Origin: Salisapilia sapeloensis CBS 127946
Lineage: Eukaryota; Protista; Oomycota
Direction of reading: 5' to 3'
Length of the DNA stretch: 64,000 bases
NCBI GenBank assembly: GCA_023334545.1
Contig: JAADVB010000013.1
Coordinates: 62,001 to 126,000, forward strand
The notes below the pieces were generated by a model that was not told the origin of the DNA, made no database searches, and saw nothing but the letters and a program-made list of their open reading frames with translations. Within the stretch, counting starts at the first letter, position 1. Each line of letters begins with the position of its first letter. Both the position numbers and the translations under genes were made by a program. This document shows positions 31,489-41,551 of this stretch, piece by piece.

Positions 31489-33966
31489 CTAAACACCCCA
31501 CACTTCCAGGATATTGTTCCCTGTATCCGTCGCATGTCCAGACCATGCAGCAGCTGATTCTTCTCCAGACGATTCATTCGATACCACTCCAGTCGGTGGT
31601 TCTCTCGGTGGAGAGACTGGAGTCGGCGCTGTCTCCAACGCGACGGGTTCAAAGTTCTCATTCCCTAGTTTCAGTAGTACTTTCATGGCATCGTCTGCAG
31701 CTATGGCATACGCCTTGACTTTATCCTTGGAGCTCCCATGACCAAGTTCGATCTTGCCAACAGCAAAGATCCAGTGATGGAACCAATCTCCTTGCCAATA
31801 GTACACTTCGAGTGCACCCCGCAACTCGGACTTGGCTTTGAGTCGAGACCAGATGCCTAAGAACGATTCACCTAGAAGCATAAACTCTCCTCTAGCCTTC
31901 AGCGTTCGATCTGTTTCCCTGGCATCGTCGATAAGTGTCTTCCACATCCGAGATATCGTGAGCACTTCGACTAACAAGCGATGGTACAAGATCGAGACGT
32001 TTGGAGTCGGATTGGACACATCAAGCCAATCCCGGCCGTCTACCACAATGCGTGCAGACGTACCTTCGACTTTGACATCCACGCGCTCACCTAACGCTTC
32101 CTTGACTCTATTCGCGTACTCTGTATAAAACCGAAGCTTTCGTCCCTTCTTCACTTTATTTTCGACTGCTGCGAGTTTCGCAGGAAGCTCACACGCTGCC
32201 TTTTGCAATATATAAAACATACTATTATCCTGCATGGTAAAAGAGGGCCAGTCGATATGTAAAGACTCTTCCGCTTGCTCCACGGGCGCACTTCTCACAA
32301 AGACCGGCGTATGCGACGGAGTCCACTTTGGCTCTGAAAGCTTCGAACCTGGTTTCGGCGGTAGTTTACTGTAGTCTTTGTGAATACCACCGTATACCTC
32401 ACAAGCCTTTGGAGGATGACTCTTCGTGTCTGCGTACTTTTTGTATTCGTAATTCTTGTCTCCAGAAGACTTCGACGCTGGAGTGTTTGTCGGACGTTGG
32501 TCTCCTCGCGAATAACTGCACCTATCGTAGTTTCCGTAGTCTTGAGACGGACGTCCGTACGGAAGTGGCCGGACTGGTGAATCATAAGCTGGACAGTCCC
32601 AACCAGGTGGATTGTATGCTCGAGGCGGAGAATAATACTTTGATTGGCTGTAGCCTCGAGGTGGAGGAGATCGATTATGTGGATTAAATGGAGGCGAAGG
32701 TGGTGGTCCGGTAGGTGAATAATAAGCACGTGGAGTCCGATTACCTGAGTTGTATCCAGAGGGCTGGTAGGGACTAGTAGATGGATTGTAGGTTCGAGAT
32801 GGTGGCGGATCGGATGGATAGCTCGGACGAGGCGTTGATCGCTGCGCTGATCCAGTGTTGCAGTTATCTGGAGGCTCATGCCAGTCCTCGTCATAGCTGT
32901 TCGATCTCTCCTCTGGCACCGTACGTGTAGCACTAGCTGGACCCGGGTGCTCATTCTGCGTAGGAGGAGTATAAAAGTTGTAGGAAGCTCCTTCGGCTGT
33001 CTTCTTGGACTGTACATAGTCATCGTGAGAAATACGCTGACGCTGCGACGGAATTGCCGAGGGGTGCACTAGCGGAGTTGGGGCAGTTGTTGACGTCTCA
33101 CTCGATACGGTCCTGCGTACAGGATTCTGTTGTGATGCTGTTGGTGGTCGATAGGGCCTAGCTGCTGCCGGCGCTCGATTGACGGTGGACTGTGTCGGGA
33201 TCGACGAGGAGTAATCGAGCGCCTGGGCTGCTGTACGATTGCCATTTTGGACATATCGGCCTCCTCCAGACCTATTCTGCCTGGATGTACCCAACGGAAT
33301 CGGTTCATCCTGTCCTGTCGTCCGAAGCGATGGAATGTAGGTTCGTGAGGTGGCTGGAGAAGGCTTCGATCCATGAAGTGACATCGGATTCGTGGTACTG
33401 GACAAATTGATCCTTGCTCGTTTAGCTTCGAGTCTGGCAGCAGTAGATATAATAGACGATCCACTACGAGAAGTACTATCGCTGTCGCCATGGAGAGAAA
33501 AAGTCTTGTCGGAGTCATTTCCACCAACTTGCTCATCTTCTAGATTTCGCATTCGCTTCGGTTGATACTTGTCAATACTTGGTCGTTTTCCTCCATTTTT
33601 ACCCGTATCCCCATCATCTCCTGTTAGCGATGCTTGATTCCTCTTTTTCTTCTTTTTGCCACTTAAGACTGAAGCTGAAACTGCCGCTGGTCTCTTTCGC
33701 TTCGGAATGGAGTATTCCGAATCTGACACGATGTCTTGCTCCATAGTTGCAGGCCATGCACCTGTATTTGATGAAGCGTGCGCCTGACAAGACAATAGAA
33801 CACCGCGATAGAGCTGGCATTGAGGCTTATCCGGGCAGAATTTGAGTACCGAGTTTGGCAGACCAGATCCACATAATGGGTTCTGGCAAAAGTTGGAAAA
33901 GCTTTGCTGTGTCTTCTTTCGTGTAGCCGTTGATTGCTTTGCCTTGGGTTTCCGGCCTCGTGCCAT
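31489..33966 (-). CDS. Hypothetical nuclear protein: Cys4 motif, long Pro/Ser/Tyr low-complexity region and C-terminal dsRBD-like segment
   Basis: ORF 31489..34230; likely start MARGRKPK at 33966. Contains CQNPLC...CPDKPQC, basic patches, YSPTGPP/YSPP/YDSP repeats and HWIFAVGKIELGHGSSKDKVKAYAIAADDAMKVLL. Confidence 0.75.
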   Translation of the reverse strand: MARGRKPKAKQSTATRKKTQQSFSNFCQNPLCGSGLPNSVLKFCPDKPQCQLYRGVLLSCQAHASSNTGAWPATMEQDIVSDSEYSIPKRKRPAAVSASVLSGKKKKKRNQASLTGDDGDTGKNGGKRPSIDKYQPKRMRNLEDEQVGGNDSDKTFSLHGDSDSTSRSGSSIISTAARLEAKRARINLSSTTNPMSLHGSKPSPATSRTYIPSLRTTGQDEPIPLGTSRQNRSGGGRYVQNGNRTAAQALDYSSSIPTQSTVNRAPAAARPYRPPTASQQNPVRRTVSSETSTTAPTPLVHPSAIPSQRQRISHDDYVQSKKTAEGASYNFYTPPTQNEHPGPASATRTVPEERSNSYDEDWHEPPDNCNTGSAQRSTPRPSYPSDPPPSRTYNPSTSPYQPSGYNSGNRTPRAYYSPTGPPPSPPFNPHNRSPPPRGYSQSKYYSPPRAYNPPGWDCPAYDSPVRPLPYGRPSQDYGNYDRCSYSRGDQRPTNTPASKSSGDKNYEYKKYADTKSHPPKACEVYGGIHKDYSKLPPKPGSKLSEPKWTPSHTPVFVRSAPVEQAEESLHIDWPSFTMQDNSMFYILQKAACELPAKLAAVENKVKKGRKLRFYTEYANRVKEALGERVDVKVEGTSARIVVDGRDWLDVSNPTPNVSILYHRLLVEVLTISRMWKTLIDDARETDRTLKARGEFMLLGESFLGIWSRLKAKSELRGALEVYYWQGDWFHHWIFAVGKIELGHGSSKDKVKAYAIAADDAMKVLLKLGNENFEPVALETAPTPVSPPREPPTGVVSNESSGEESAAAWSGHATDTGNNILEVWGV

Positions 33967-35048
33967 GATCGAGTCCGGTTTTTTCACACTTTTTAACTTG
34001 ATGTTTGTGTCAGAATAATTGGACATATTGTATATTATACTATAGAAAGGTGACCAAAGGAGAGTTGTGGACACAAAAGAGTTTTTTTGCATTGATACTG
34101 TCCGGGTTGCTAGTTGTCTACAAGGAGTGTTCAGAACGAATGACAACATGGCCGTTGAGTTGGAAACAACGAAAGCGTGGTGACTTGTAGCTTCAACATT
34201 TCCATCTGATTTAGCAGCAGAAATGAGCACAACAATTGTAGGAACGCGTTTTAAAGGCTATCAGGGTCGCTTTTGAGGGTGCCGTGGCGCGTGCTTTTGC
34301 AGCAAATCCATAAAGATACGTTAAAATACGTTTAAATCATAAAGTTGAGCTGAGTTTGACGGAAAGCGCAGCTACAGGCTTGACAGGACAAGCAAATGTA
34401 CAGCCATGCACATGCCATACGACAGAGCGCTTGTGTCCAAGCGCGCCATGCGATGCGGTAGTGCTCTATCTTCTCCCCACTTGTTAAATATAATGCTGCA
34501 TGTAGTCGTTGAGAACGTACGCATAAGAGTGTACGAAACCAACGTGCATGTCTATTTTATCTTTCATACGCGCAAGTCTATGATGCTATCGAAGTATCTC
34601 TGCCCATATCCCTTCTCTCTAACGCAGCTTCCAATCTACAACTTCCGATCTTCTTTTTTCGTGCCAAAATCCGAATCGTGCGAGCTCGTTGTTACAACGA
34701 ATACAGTTAGTCTCGAGGCATCAGACTGCGAAGGATGGTAGCAACTTAGAAACGTATCAGGAGCGACACACTCGGACGCCAATCATAAATCGTCATCAAG
34801 TGCGTTTTTCTGCCTCGGACGGTATAAAAGATGCGGTTGAAAAGACATGTGCACTGCAGTTCTATAGCAACTAGTGGCCACTTCTTCTCACTGACACAAA
34901 GAAACTAGCCTTTGGCGGCCGAATTGTATTTGCCTCTGCTTAAGTCACATAAGCTGCTCGCATTTTCTTTCGATTGCCCACGCGTTGGGCACGGAGGCAG
35001 TTTACCATTAGCCAAGTTACCACAACGACAACGAACAGATTTCAATCA

Positions 35049-35489
35049 ATGCTTCAACCATTCATGCCATCACTACCGACCTTCCGAGCATCCATGGAAG
35101 ATGTCAACAGCAATATGATTTGGGATGGAGCCAACACACCTACGACTTCTGTAAGGGCCAACCTCGCCCCTCGTATGGACCTACAAGACTCGTCCTGGCG
35201 ACGTGCTCCAGACATGAAGCGCCTTCGAGCCCGAGTCGCCATGACCATCGAGTACATGCTTCGCACCCATCGACCACACCAGGTCTTGACTGAGGTCCCT
35301 GAAAACATTAACTGGCGCACCAAGACTTTCCAAGTCGCGCTCAAAATCGAAGGACTCATGTTCCGATCGGCTACGTCGCGCGAGTCCTACGCGGACGAGC
35401 GGTCACTTCGCAGTCGAGTCCAAGCCTTATCTCGTCAGCTCGTTCGCATCCGGAAGCGCAAAAACGCCGTGCAACGTGCAACAGTCTAA
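35049..35489 (+). CDS. Small KIX-like (Med15/CBP type) domain protein
   Basis: SWRRAPDMKRLRARVAMTIEYML...VALKIEGLMFRSATSRESYADERSLRSRVQALSR matches the KIX three-helix pattern. The ATG at 35049 was chosen as the start. Confidence 0.6.
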   Translation: MLQPFMPSLPTFRASMEDVNSNMIWDGANTPTTSVRANLAPRMDLQDSSWRRAPDMKRLRARVAMTIEYMLRTHRPHQVLTEVPENINWRTKTFQVALKIEGLMFRSATSRESYADERSLRSRVQALSRQLVRIRKRKNAVQRATV

Positions 35490-35762
35490 TCCATTCACTG
35501 AAAATCATGCCAAGGCATGGCTTTGCAAATCAATGGAAAAAGTAAAGAATCAGCGTGTTCCCTTAGCTCTCCTACCAAGAAGGAAACACACCTGAGTAAT
35601 TTATATGCTTCCCGCTTTCTTGTAGTGTGGTCGTAGTCGACCTGTGTAGATTTCCTTAGGACAAATCATTCCATTCTCCATATAAAAACAGAGTTCTTTC
35701 TAAAATTTCCATTCTTTTCCATCTTATATGTCTATGTTCTTGCGTGTCCATGTCATCTCCGT

Positions 35763-36782
35763 CTATTGTATGAATGCCACGGAGGTCAAAGTGAGGGCAA
35801 TCGCGAGGAAGATTGAAGGGTACCCTGCTCCATCGTCACCGTCACCACCGTCGTTACCGACCATTTCTTCCAAATGATCCAGACTAAATTTTAAATGACC
35901 GTCGCTTGTGGCGATACCAAAGTGCATTTCATAGTCCGGTAGGCCGTAGCCCTGACTGCGGTCGAACATCATGAAGTAGTATGATTCCGGCGTCGAGATA
36001 TTCTCCGCCCACTTGGCGTAACTGTAAAAGTAGTCGCGCTCCGTGTCTTTATCAGGCTCGTTTCCCTCCGTTTTTTCACCGTCGCTTGGCCATCCTGTTT
36101 CTGTCACTCGGATCTTGTCACCAAACTTGGCATGCATCTGATCATACTGGGACTTGAAAATATCGAATGGATCATCCTCGACATTTGTCCAAAACGAGTA
36201 GATGTTCACGCCAATGACGTCCACTTCGTCAACCAGTTTATCAATGTCTTCCACATCCAGCCACTCCACCGTTCGCTGGACCGTACCAACGTTCACCTCA
36301 ACTCCCACCGACTCCAGACAGTTCTTCATAGCTTTGATGTAACCAATGTACTTGTTTAACGAAATATGCCCAAAGTCTCCGTTTTCCAGGTCTTCATTGC
36401 CAACGTAGATGGCATCCACTGCTTCTGGGTTACGAGCAGCTCCTTCACATGCTGCTTTCATTTCTTCCTCAATTGCATCGTCATCGCCGTCCATGGAAAT
36501 GCCAACCGCTACTTGTAACCCAGCTTCGGCTGCCGAGTCAATGACGTTGATACCGATGAAAGTAGCCGAGTACGTCCTGATCCGCGAGAATACAGTGAGC
36601 ACTTTTTCATAGTCCTCTGCAAGCGTGGTGTTATCGACAGGATCGAGATGCCACGGACTATAGACGACGCCAGAATCGAGGTACTGGCCGGAAATACCCA
36701 TGACCATAGTCAATAGCCATAGCAACTGGAACTGCATCTTGCTGCGAGTGTCTTGCAAATTAATAAATGAGCTCTGCATCAC
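35763..36782 (-). CDS. Secreted, probably membrane-anchored GH17 endo-1,3-beta-glucanase
   Basis: Signal peptide (MQFQLLWLLTMVMGISG), RIRTYS, AIYVGNE (acid/base), IGVNIYSFW, RVTETGWPS (nucleophile), YYFMMFD, EMHFGI, and a hydrophobic C-terminus (GPI or transmembrane). Confidence 0.92.
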   Translation of the reverse strand: MMQSSFINLQDTRSKMQFQLLWLLTMVMGISGQYLDSGVVYSPWHLDPVDNTTLAEDYEKVLTVFSRIRTYSATFIGINVIDSAAEAGLQVAVGISMDGDDDAIEEEMKAACEGAARNPEAVDAIYVGNEDLENGDFGHISLNKYIGYIKAMKNCLESVGVEVNVGTVQRTVEWLDVEDIDKLVDEVDVIGVNIYSFWTNVEDDPFDIFKSQYDQMHAKFGDKIRVTETGWPSDGEKTEGNEPDKDTERDYFYSYAKWAENISTPESYYFMMFDRSQGYGLPDYEMHFGIATSDGHLKFSLDHLEEMVGNDGGDGDDGAGYPSIFLAIALTLTSVAFIQ

Positions 36783-37433
36783 TTGATCATGGATCCTGAT
36801 TTATTTACTAAAAATTCTTCACATGTACTCGATCTCCTCCGAGCTTTAACAACACCTCGAACAGGACAAAAATGATGCAAAAGTGCATGTAAATTTTGCG
36901 GGAACCCTATGGATGTCAGTGAATGTAGCTTGTCATGAAGCTATTTTAGTCGCTTCAGATAAGATAAGAGGACAGAAAGTAAGATGTGAGGGAATGTGGT
37001 GCTTCAGGTGCTTTACCACCACATTATACTACTGATGGTGGCTTTGTCAGAAGCAACTTTTGCCGGGGTACTATTGCTCGTACATGTAAATCAGGGTCGT
37101 TTACTGATACGGTTGTATGATGGGTACAGGCGACGGGGAGTGCGAGGAAAGAGATGTGGAAGCGCCAATATCATTCGGTACACCCTGATACGTGATATCT
37201 TTGTAGAGCTCGGATTAATGATACCACGACAAACTGTAGCCCCGAGTTATAAAGCTAGATGAAGCTCAGCCACCTTCGCTCATCTCGCTTCCGAATGGCG
37301 ATCAAATTCACGACATGTACATAAGCTCATGCAAAATTCCGATCGATTTAACATTAATTGAGCTTGGTGTAGAAATCGATTGTATCGAAGTCGATTCAAA
37401 AAGTCAGAGCAGCGAAACTCACACAAGTTTAAG

Positions 37434-38606
37434 ATGATTGCCAGAGCTCGTCATGGTTCAAGTCCAGGCGGTAGTAGGCAGCCACTTGACCCTGCCTATC
37501 GCCTCTTTCTGAAAATGAATACGATTCCGGACGCTCTCTACGATACAGACTGCGGAGATAAAAAGGTATGCTAGGATGTGTATTGTATCGGAAGTGCAGC
37601 TCTAACAACTTAGATGTAGACCATAGGTCGTGGGGTTGCGGATGGACGAAATCCTTCGAAAGCTGCTTTTAACTCGGCAAGAAATCGATTCACAAGTACA
37701 GCAGCTTATCGCTCGTCAACATTTGCTCAAGTCGTGAAAGAGCCATATCGAGATGCTGCGTCAGTCGGTCCAGGGACATATCGAAGTAAAAAGCGAACGT
37801 TCTTTGTCAAACGAACGCACATGCCAACTTCAGGATACGCAAGCCGGACACCACGATTCGAAGAAACTTCTGCACGCATTTCGTCAATTCTGGCGATGGA
37901 AAGCGGAGCAAGGGCACAGCAGGCTGCTAGTCGAAGTGCTCGGGCCCCACCGCTACCTCCACGTCATTCGCCAGGCCCATTACTTTCAGCGAGCCCTCGC
38001 TTCAAGTCCGCGTCATTCCCAGGTAATCAGACACTATTTCTACCAAATATGAAATGAACTCGGATTGATTGCTGCGATAGAACGATACGCGTCTTCCAAA
38101 GAGTACCACTGCATAAAGAGTACACCTGATCGGTTCTATGACACAAGTCCGAGTTGCAAGGTCGGTATTCTCTATTATTCATTCGATTCACTCGTTATCA
38201 TTTTATTCGCATGTAGCTTTCCATTGATGCAGCGATCAAAAGCTCCAGTTGCAAGTACTCGTCGATGCATTCAAACTATTCTCGTCTTTCATCGGTACGC
38301 ATACTGCATCCATGTCTCGCTACAGCAACTAGTATGTCTTCTACGCTACCAAAAAACTGATCATGACTATCCTAGCCTACAGCGATGGTGCACAATACGC
38401 CAAATTTCCCTATTCTATCGAGTGCAACGAAAGAGTCCGTTGGACCAGGTGCATACTCCCCACCGAACAGTCCAACTCGTCCACCCACTCGGAAATCGTA
38501 CAACTATGTCATGATGCCTCAACAGAAAGATCGGTTTGGGCTCGACACGACTTCCACCGGCTTTGTCGAAGCGCGCTTTCGCCGGTTCACTGTTCGCGAC
38601 GCTTAA
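37434..38606 (+). CDS. STPG/SHIPPO-repeat-like (ODF3-like) axonemal protein, multi-exon
   Basis: Exons joined by GT-AG introns give LYDTDCGDKK|TIG..., SVGPGTY, SVGPGAYSPP and several FxSxxPRF/DRF motifs typical of PG-rich sperm-tail repeats. Exon structure is partly uncertain. Confidence 0.55.
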
Positions 38607-38646
38607 AGATCGAATAAAAGTGAATTTTAAGATTAATCATGTGCTT

Positions 38647-38655
38647 TTTGATTGG
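38647..38655 (+). promoter_or_regulatory. CCAAT box (TTTGATTGG) upstream of TOM7
   Basis: Exact match to the oomycete CCAAT consensus TYTGATTGG, about 55 nt upstream of the ATG at 38709. Confidence 0.5.
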
Positions 38656-38708
38656 CTGAAATTCGTTGGATGGACGCTCGATGACAAAATCGCGAAGCTA
38701 GGAACGAA

Positions 38709-38952
38709 ATGGCACGAGAACCGATCTGGAAGACAGCGCCGAACACGGCTTTGAAGGCGATCCGTCCCGTCGTACACTATGGCTTCGTCCCCATGATCAT
38801 CTACCTAGGACTGCAGCAAGAACCGGAGCTATCGTAAGCTTAAACTGTATATTATTATCATTTCGTCGGTCAGTCCGCTAATTGTGTTTTGTGCTAGGCT
38901 TCTTCACGTGATCTTCCCGCTCTTCGCGCCGCCTGAGCCGCCTCAAATGTAA
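38709..38952 (+). CDS. TOM7: Mitochondrial import receptor subunit TOM7, 2 exons, 59 aa
   Basis: Not in the ORF track. Exon 38709..38833, intron 38834..38897 and exon 38898..38952 give MAREPIWKTAPNTALKAIRPVVHYGFVPMIIYLGLQQEPELSLLHVIFPLFAPPEPPQM, containing the Tom7 signature HYGF.P.IIYLG. Confidence 0.9.
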
Positions 38953-39125
38953 TTTGGAGATGCATCTCCAAATTGGACTATAGAGACGCCAAGAGACAAG
39001 TGAAAAGGAGGCAAAACACACCGTTATCAATCAGATCGCAGTTGATTGTATTTTCAAGTAGTTTGCATTTCGTATCTCAAGCAATAGGAAGCTACTAGCA
39101 GTCTATTCTCTTCGTTCCTTGTCCT

Positions 39126-40673
39126 CTAGCATTTCCAAATGCGGCATGTGTTATCCTTGGAGCCTACATACTCAAAGCTTAGCTACGCCATCTCATCTTT
39201 ACCATAAGAAAAACCGTACCTGTGATGATCGTATCACCTTCATAGTTGAAAGCACAACTGAAGATTTCGTCCGTGTGTCCTTCCAGCATCTGAAGACAGT
39301 CTCCTGTTTCCACTTCCCACAGACGTGCCACTTTATCACTGCTAGCAGTTAGCACTTTGGACCCCTGAGGATTGAAGCACACTTTCGAAATCTCAGCTTC
39401 ATGACCAATGAGGATTGCTTGGCAGGCTCCTGTCATCGTATTGTAGATGCGGGACGTGCCGTCGGCCGATGCTGTCACGAGCTTTGAACCAGTCGCGTTA
39501 AAGCTGACATCCAGAATCTCATCGTTATGACCACGAAGTGTCTATAGTAGACTTCAGCTACATGCACATATTTGTATAAAGCTAGAGTAAAAGATACCTG
39601 GATGTTTTGCCCAGAAGCTACATCCCACACCTTGCAGGTACGATCGATTGATCCACTGATGCACATGTCTCCAGAGTAGTTAAATTGCGTGCTAGAAATC
39701 TCACCGTGGTGACCCGCTAAAGTATGGATGCATCGACCACTACGGACATCCCAGACTTTGATCGTATGATCAAAGGATCCAGTGATGATTCGATCTCCCT
39801 GCGTGTCAAAGTTAAGGCTAACGATTTCAGCCGTATGACCAAAGAGCGTGTGGAGCTCTTGTCCGGTTTCGACATCCCACAACTTGGCCGTGTTATCCAT
39901 GGAACCAGTAGCAACAACCGTTCCTTGTGGATTGAAGGAGAGGCAAACAATCTCTGTCGAGTGACCACGGAAAGTGTGGTAGAGTTGACCGGTTTCGGCG
40001 TTCCACAGCTTGCATGTCTTGTCAAAGGATCCCGTGATGATCTTGTCACCGTACGGGTTGTTGAAAGCAATCGCATAGACGACGTTCTTATGTCCTTCCA
40101 AGGTTAAAAGCTCGTCTCCGGTCTGAGTGTCCCAGACTTTGCAAGTGCGATCGTAGCTACCAGTGATAAATCTACAAGCACCAATTAGCACATATGAATG
40201 AAACACATGAAAGCTGAACGTACTTGTCTCCGGACTTGTTGAAAGCACAATTCGTGAGTGGTAAAATATGCGCTCGCAGTATTTTAAAAAGATAGAAGTC
40301 ATTGCTTTCATTCGTCTCCAGCTTTTCAATCAATTCTATAAAACATTAATAAGATGTCAATGGTTAGCGTCGTCCAGACAAATACTCACTGTAGATAAGT
40401 TTTCGTAATTGTGGCTTCCTCGAGTCCGAAATGAGTGGCTCCTCAAACACAATTTGATTAACCAAGACTTCCACGTCCGACCTAAATTACCACGTGGGTG
40501 AGCAAATGCTACGCAAGACAAGTTGTATCACTAGTGGTGCATTGGATGATAACATACTCCGCTGTGAGGTGTAAAAGATCAATTTCCTTCATTTCACGAG
40601 TTCGATCTCGAAGCTCGTACTCTAAGATAATCCCCGGCGGGTAGTATCGTAGGAGAAAGCGCTTAAGCTTCAT
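39126..40673 (-). CDS. DAW1: Dynein assembly factor with WD repeats 1 (WDR69/ODA16), multi-exon
   Basis: First exon [19 protein letters not shown] (ATG at 40673); WD repeats [34 protein letters not shown] and [11 protein letters not shown]; last exon [12 protein letters not shown] ending at 39126. Confidence 0.95.
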
Positions 40674-40913
40674 GACTGTTTAAACAAGTAGTTGTGCGAT
40701 TTCTTGGGCCGTGCAAAGTTGGGACTTTGCAAATGATACCGGGAGGCGTGCTGGAGAGGCTGCGTCGGTTCACGTGCAAAAGGATTTGGAGTTAAGTGGA
40801 AAGCCTCAAATAGAAAGATGTCGCAAAAGCTTCCACATCCGTTTCATTTAGATCCTGCCGACTTTGGCAACAACACACACTATTAATGAAAGATTCATTT
40901 CTTTCACCACCTC

Positions 40914-41288
40914 TTAAGATTTTATCGCTGGAGTAAGCGGGGCATCCACTTGAAAGTACGTTGGATCGGGATGAGCTTGCTTCATAACCTCACGATGCTC
41001 CGCATTTCGCGAATGACGGCGATAGAAAAGAAGAAACACGAGGACAAGAGCCGTTAGGATACCTACAAGACTGAATAGGAACATCCACAGCGCGAACTTG
41101 TTGTGTTCGTTGAAAAGATCGGCAGATAATGGAGACATGGTTACTGGATCATCGGACTGGAAGCTCGATGAACTAACACGGTCTTCCGTAGCGTTAGCTT
41201 TGCTGCTCGTCAAGCTCCTGGCATTAAAAACATCATTGTGGTTGACGAAACGCACACTGCTGTTCGTGGCGTTCATCTGGGTGTCCAT
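40914..41288 (-). CDS. Small single-pass membrane protein, 124 aa
   Basis: Ser-rich N-terminus, a transmembrane helix FALWMFLFSLVGILTALVLVFLLF followed by basic YRRHSR, and a short tail with TYF/TP motifs. Confidence 0.65.
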   Translation of the reverse strand: MDTQMNATNSSVRFVNHNDVFNARSLTSSKANATEDRVSSSSFQSDDPVTMSPLSADLFNEHNKFALWMFLFSLVGILTALVLVFLLFYRRHSRNAEHREVMKQAHPDPTYFQVDAPLTPAIKS

Positions 41289-41551
41289 TGCTATAAGATT
41301 GGAAAAAGAGCGGACTGCGTCGGAGGCTGCAAAAGCCTAACTGACGACAACAGAAATGCCGCCGCGTGTCTCGCAATATGGTACTATGAAAGCGTCCGAC
41401 AAGCGTTGGACTGAGCACCTCCATCGCTTTCAATCTGATTACCTGCCCTGCGTACTTCTAGGAAAGCTTACTTTATCGCGATACCAAAAGTGACAAGTGT
41501 TTCGATAGAAAGCGAGCGTTGCATTATAATGAGTTAGTCGCCAGCAACCTA

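Noticed and set aside
38326-38331. Possible 6-nt microexon (CAACTA) in the STPG-like gene
   Set aside because: It would need a 31-nt intron, shorter than others seen here. A single 81-nt intron (38295..38375) keeps the frame equally well.
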